Origin: Candidatus Parcubacteria bacterium
Lineage (GTDB): Bacteria > Patescibacteriota > Minisyncoccia > Phycocordibacterales > UBA918
Assembly (NCBI GenBank): GCA_046050355.1
Contig: JBJOPW010000004.1
Span: forward strand, 5,800-69,799
DNA length: 64,000 nucleotides
Direction: 5' to 3'
The notes below the pieces were generated by a model. It was not told the origin of the DNA. It was given only the letters and a program-made list of their open reading frames with translations, and ran no database searches. Shown piece by piece: positions 62,990-64,000 of the stretch (position 1 is its first letter; each line of letters starts with the position of its first letter). Both the position numbers and the translations under genes were made by a program.

Positions 62990-63110
62990 GTAGACACAAC
63001 CGATTGCTACCTGGTCGCACGCCCTTGGGTTATACTGAAGTGGAGGGGAGTACGGTAGACTGCGAACACCTCAAGGAGGACGTTTATCAGGAATAACCAC
63101 AGAGCAATCT

Positions 63111-63476
63111 ATGACATTTCCAACCATAACGTTTACTCATAAAAATGTGGCGCCAGACCAAACCTTGCAGACCTTGGTGACCACTAAATTGACCTCACTG
63201 CAAAAATACCTTGAAGGTGCCCGGAGTATCCGGTGTGAAGTAGAAATCGAACGACTAACTGCTCATGCCAATGGTCCAATCTGCCGTATTGAAGCGAATC
63301 TGTGGCGTGGCGATCGCCTCGCTCGAGCTGAGGCCACTGAAGAGACATTTGAAAAAGCGGTGGATGAAGTTCGTCGCAATCTCGAACACGAACTCGAACG
63401 AGCACATGATAAGCGAGTTAGTATGTTCCGCAAAGGAGCAAGAAGGATAAAAGACATGATGCGCTTTGGACGATAA
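63111..63476 (+). CDS. hpf: Ribosome hibernation promoting factor / RaiA (YfiA family)
   Basis: Beta-alpha-beta-beta-beta-alpha fold signature and the conserved basic C-terminus; 121 aa. Confidence 0.75.
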   Translation: MTFPTITFTHKNVAPDQTLQTLVTTKLTSLQKYLEGARSIRCEVEIERLTAHANGPICRIEANLWRGDRLARAEATEETFEKAVDEVRRNLEHELERAHDKRVSMFRKGARRIKDMMRFGR

Positions 63477-63763
63477 CTATGCCAGAAAGATTTGTCGTGG
63501 TTGATGGAGGGAAGAGTAAGGAATGTCCTGAAACTGTTACGCTGAATTCGGCGCTTAAAAAGATAACAGAGGCAATCAAGCCGTTCTCGTACTTTGAAGG
63601 TGTGAATCCTGACATGGCTGATTAGCGAGGTATCAACATCTGTCAAATGAAGGCCTGGCTTATGAAGCTGAACGATTAAGTCAAGCAATAGTAGGTCCAT
63701 CAATTGATGTGGCTACTATCCTTGAACAAGCTATAGCGCTGCAAGCCACTATACAAACTAGAA

Positions 63764-64000
63764 TTAGAACTGCTCCCAATTGATTTCATTTTTGCCTTCA
63801 GGCACAATGCGGAGAATCTCAAGTGCGCCGGCCTCAGTGAGGAAGGCAGATTTGATTTTGATGCGCTTGCCGTTGTGGATGAAAAAGGTCTCAGGCCAGC
63901 CGTCAAAGGCGCAGATTTTGCGGTATACCGCGAGGGCTTCCTCGCCGGTGGGGAGATGGTGTGGGTCAATGGAGAGCTCGGCCATGTCCTTGGTGATTTT
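63764..64000 (-). CDS. fmt: Methionyl-tRNA formyltransferase, C-terminal portion (gene continues past the window end)
   Basis: GWPETFF...GKRIKI...EGKNEI matches the Fmt C-terminal domain. The reading frame is open to the window edge. Confidence 0.6.
   Translation of the reverse strand, partial: KITKDMAELSIDPHHLPTGEEALAVYRKICAFDGWPETFFIHNGKRIKIKSAFLTEAGALEILRIVPEGKNEINWEQF

Overview
The window is a low-GC bacterial chromosome segment with a CPR/Patescibacteria-like gene content, interrupted by a ~29-kb higher-GC mosaic integrative element. Host genes include clpB (3' part), a spermidine-synthase-like membrane protein, miaA, ParB, a short Rel/SpoT, topA, dprA, serS, FtsQ-like, Dus, Fic, an S11 DD-carboxypeptidase, a DnaX-like clamp loader, a type IV pilin, CreD-like, peptidase E, glutaredoxin, HPF and fmt (3' end). 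Host RNA genes are tRNA-Tyr, tRNA-Trp, tRNA-Leu, tRNA-Gln and a tRNA-Asn carrying a group I intron. The element (~7983..37081) sits inside a phosphoribosyltransferase (PRTase, pyrE-like) gene and splits it into two fragments (7557..7982 and 37082..37495). A 9-bp direct repeat gtgggtcac flanks the element, and a large serine recombinase is encoded at the left end. The element carries two VirD4/TraD-like coupling ATPases, a replication-relaxation-like gene, DUF932, XRE and AlpA regulators, an H-NS-like protein and an internal tyrosine integrase. Its candidate defence cargo is: (a) an SNF2(PLD)-DUF4391-type III Mod-Res operon; (b) a B12-radical-SAM / MOSC-like / NDT-like gene trio; (c) a Ubl-E2-JAB::E1 ubiquitin-like conjugation operon (Bil/Bub-like) with a Cys-rich fourth gene; (d) an AbiEii-nucleotidyltransferase::WYL fusion. 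A third copy of the att-like sequence (core at 32549..32557) suggests the last 4.5 kb (Ubl operon plus NTase-WYL) is a separately accreted, recombinase-less cassette. Other notable items are paralogous VirB2/TrbC-like proteins fused to different cell-wall hydrolase domains, and short tRNA 3'-end duplications downstream of tRNA-Gln, tRNA-Leu and tRNA-Asn. No CRISPR array or rRNA was seen.
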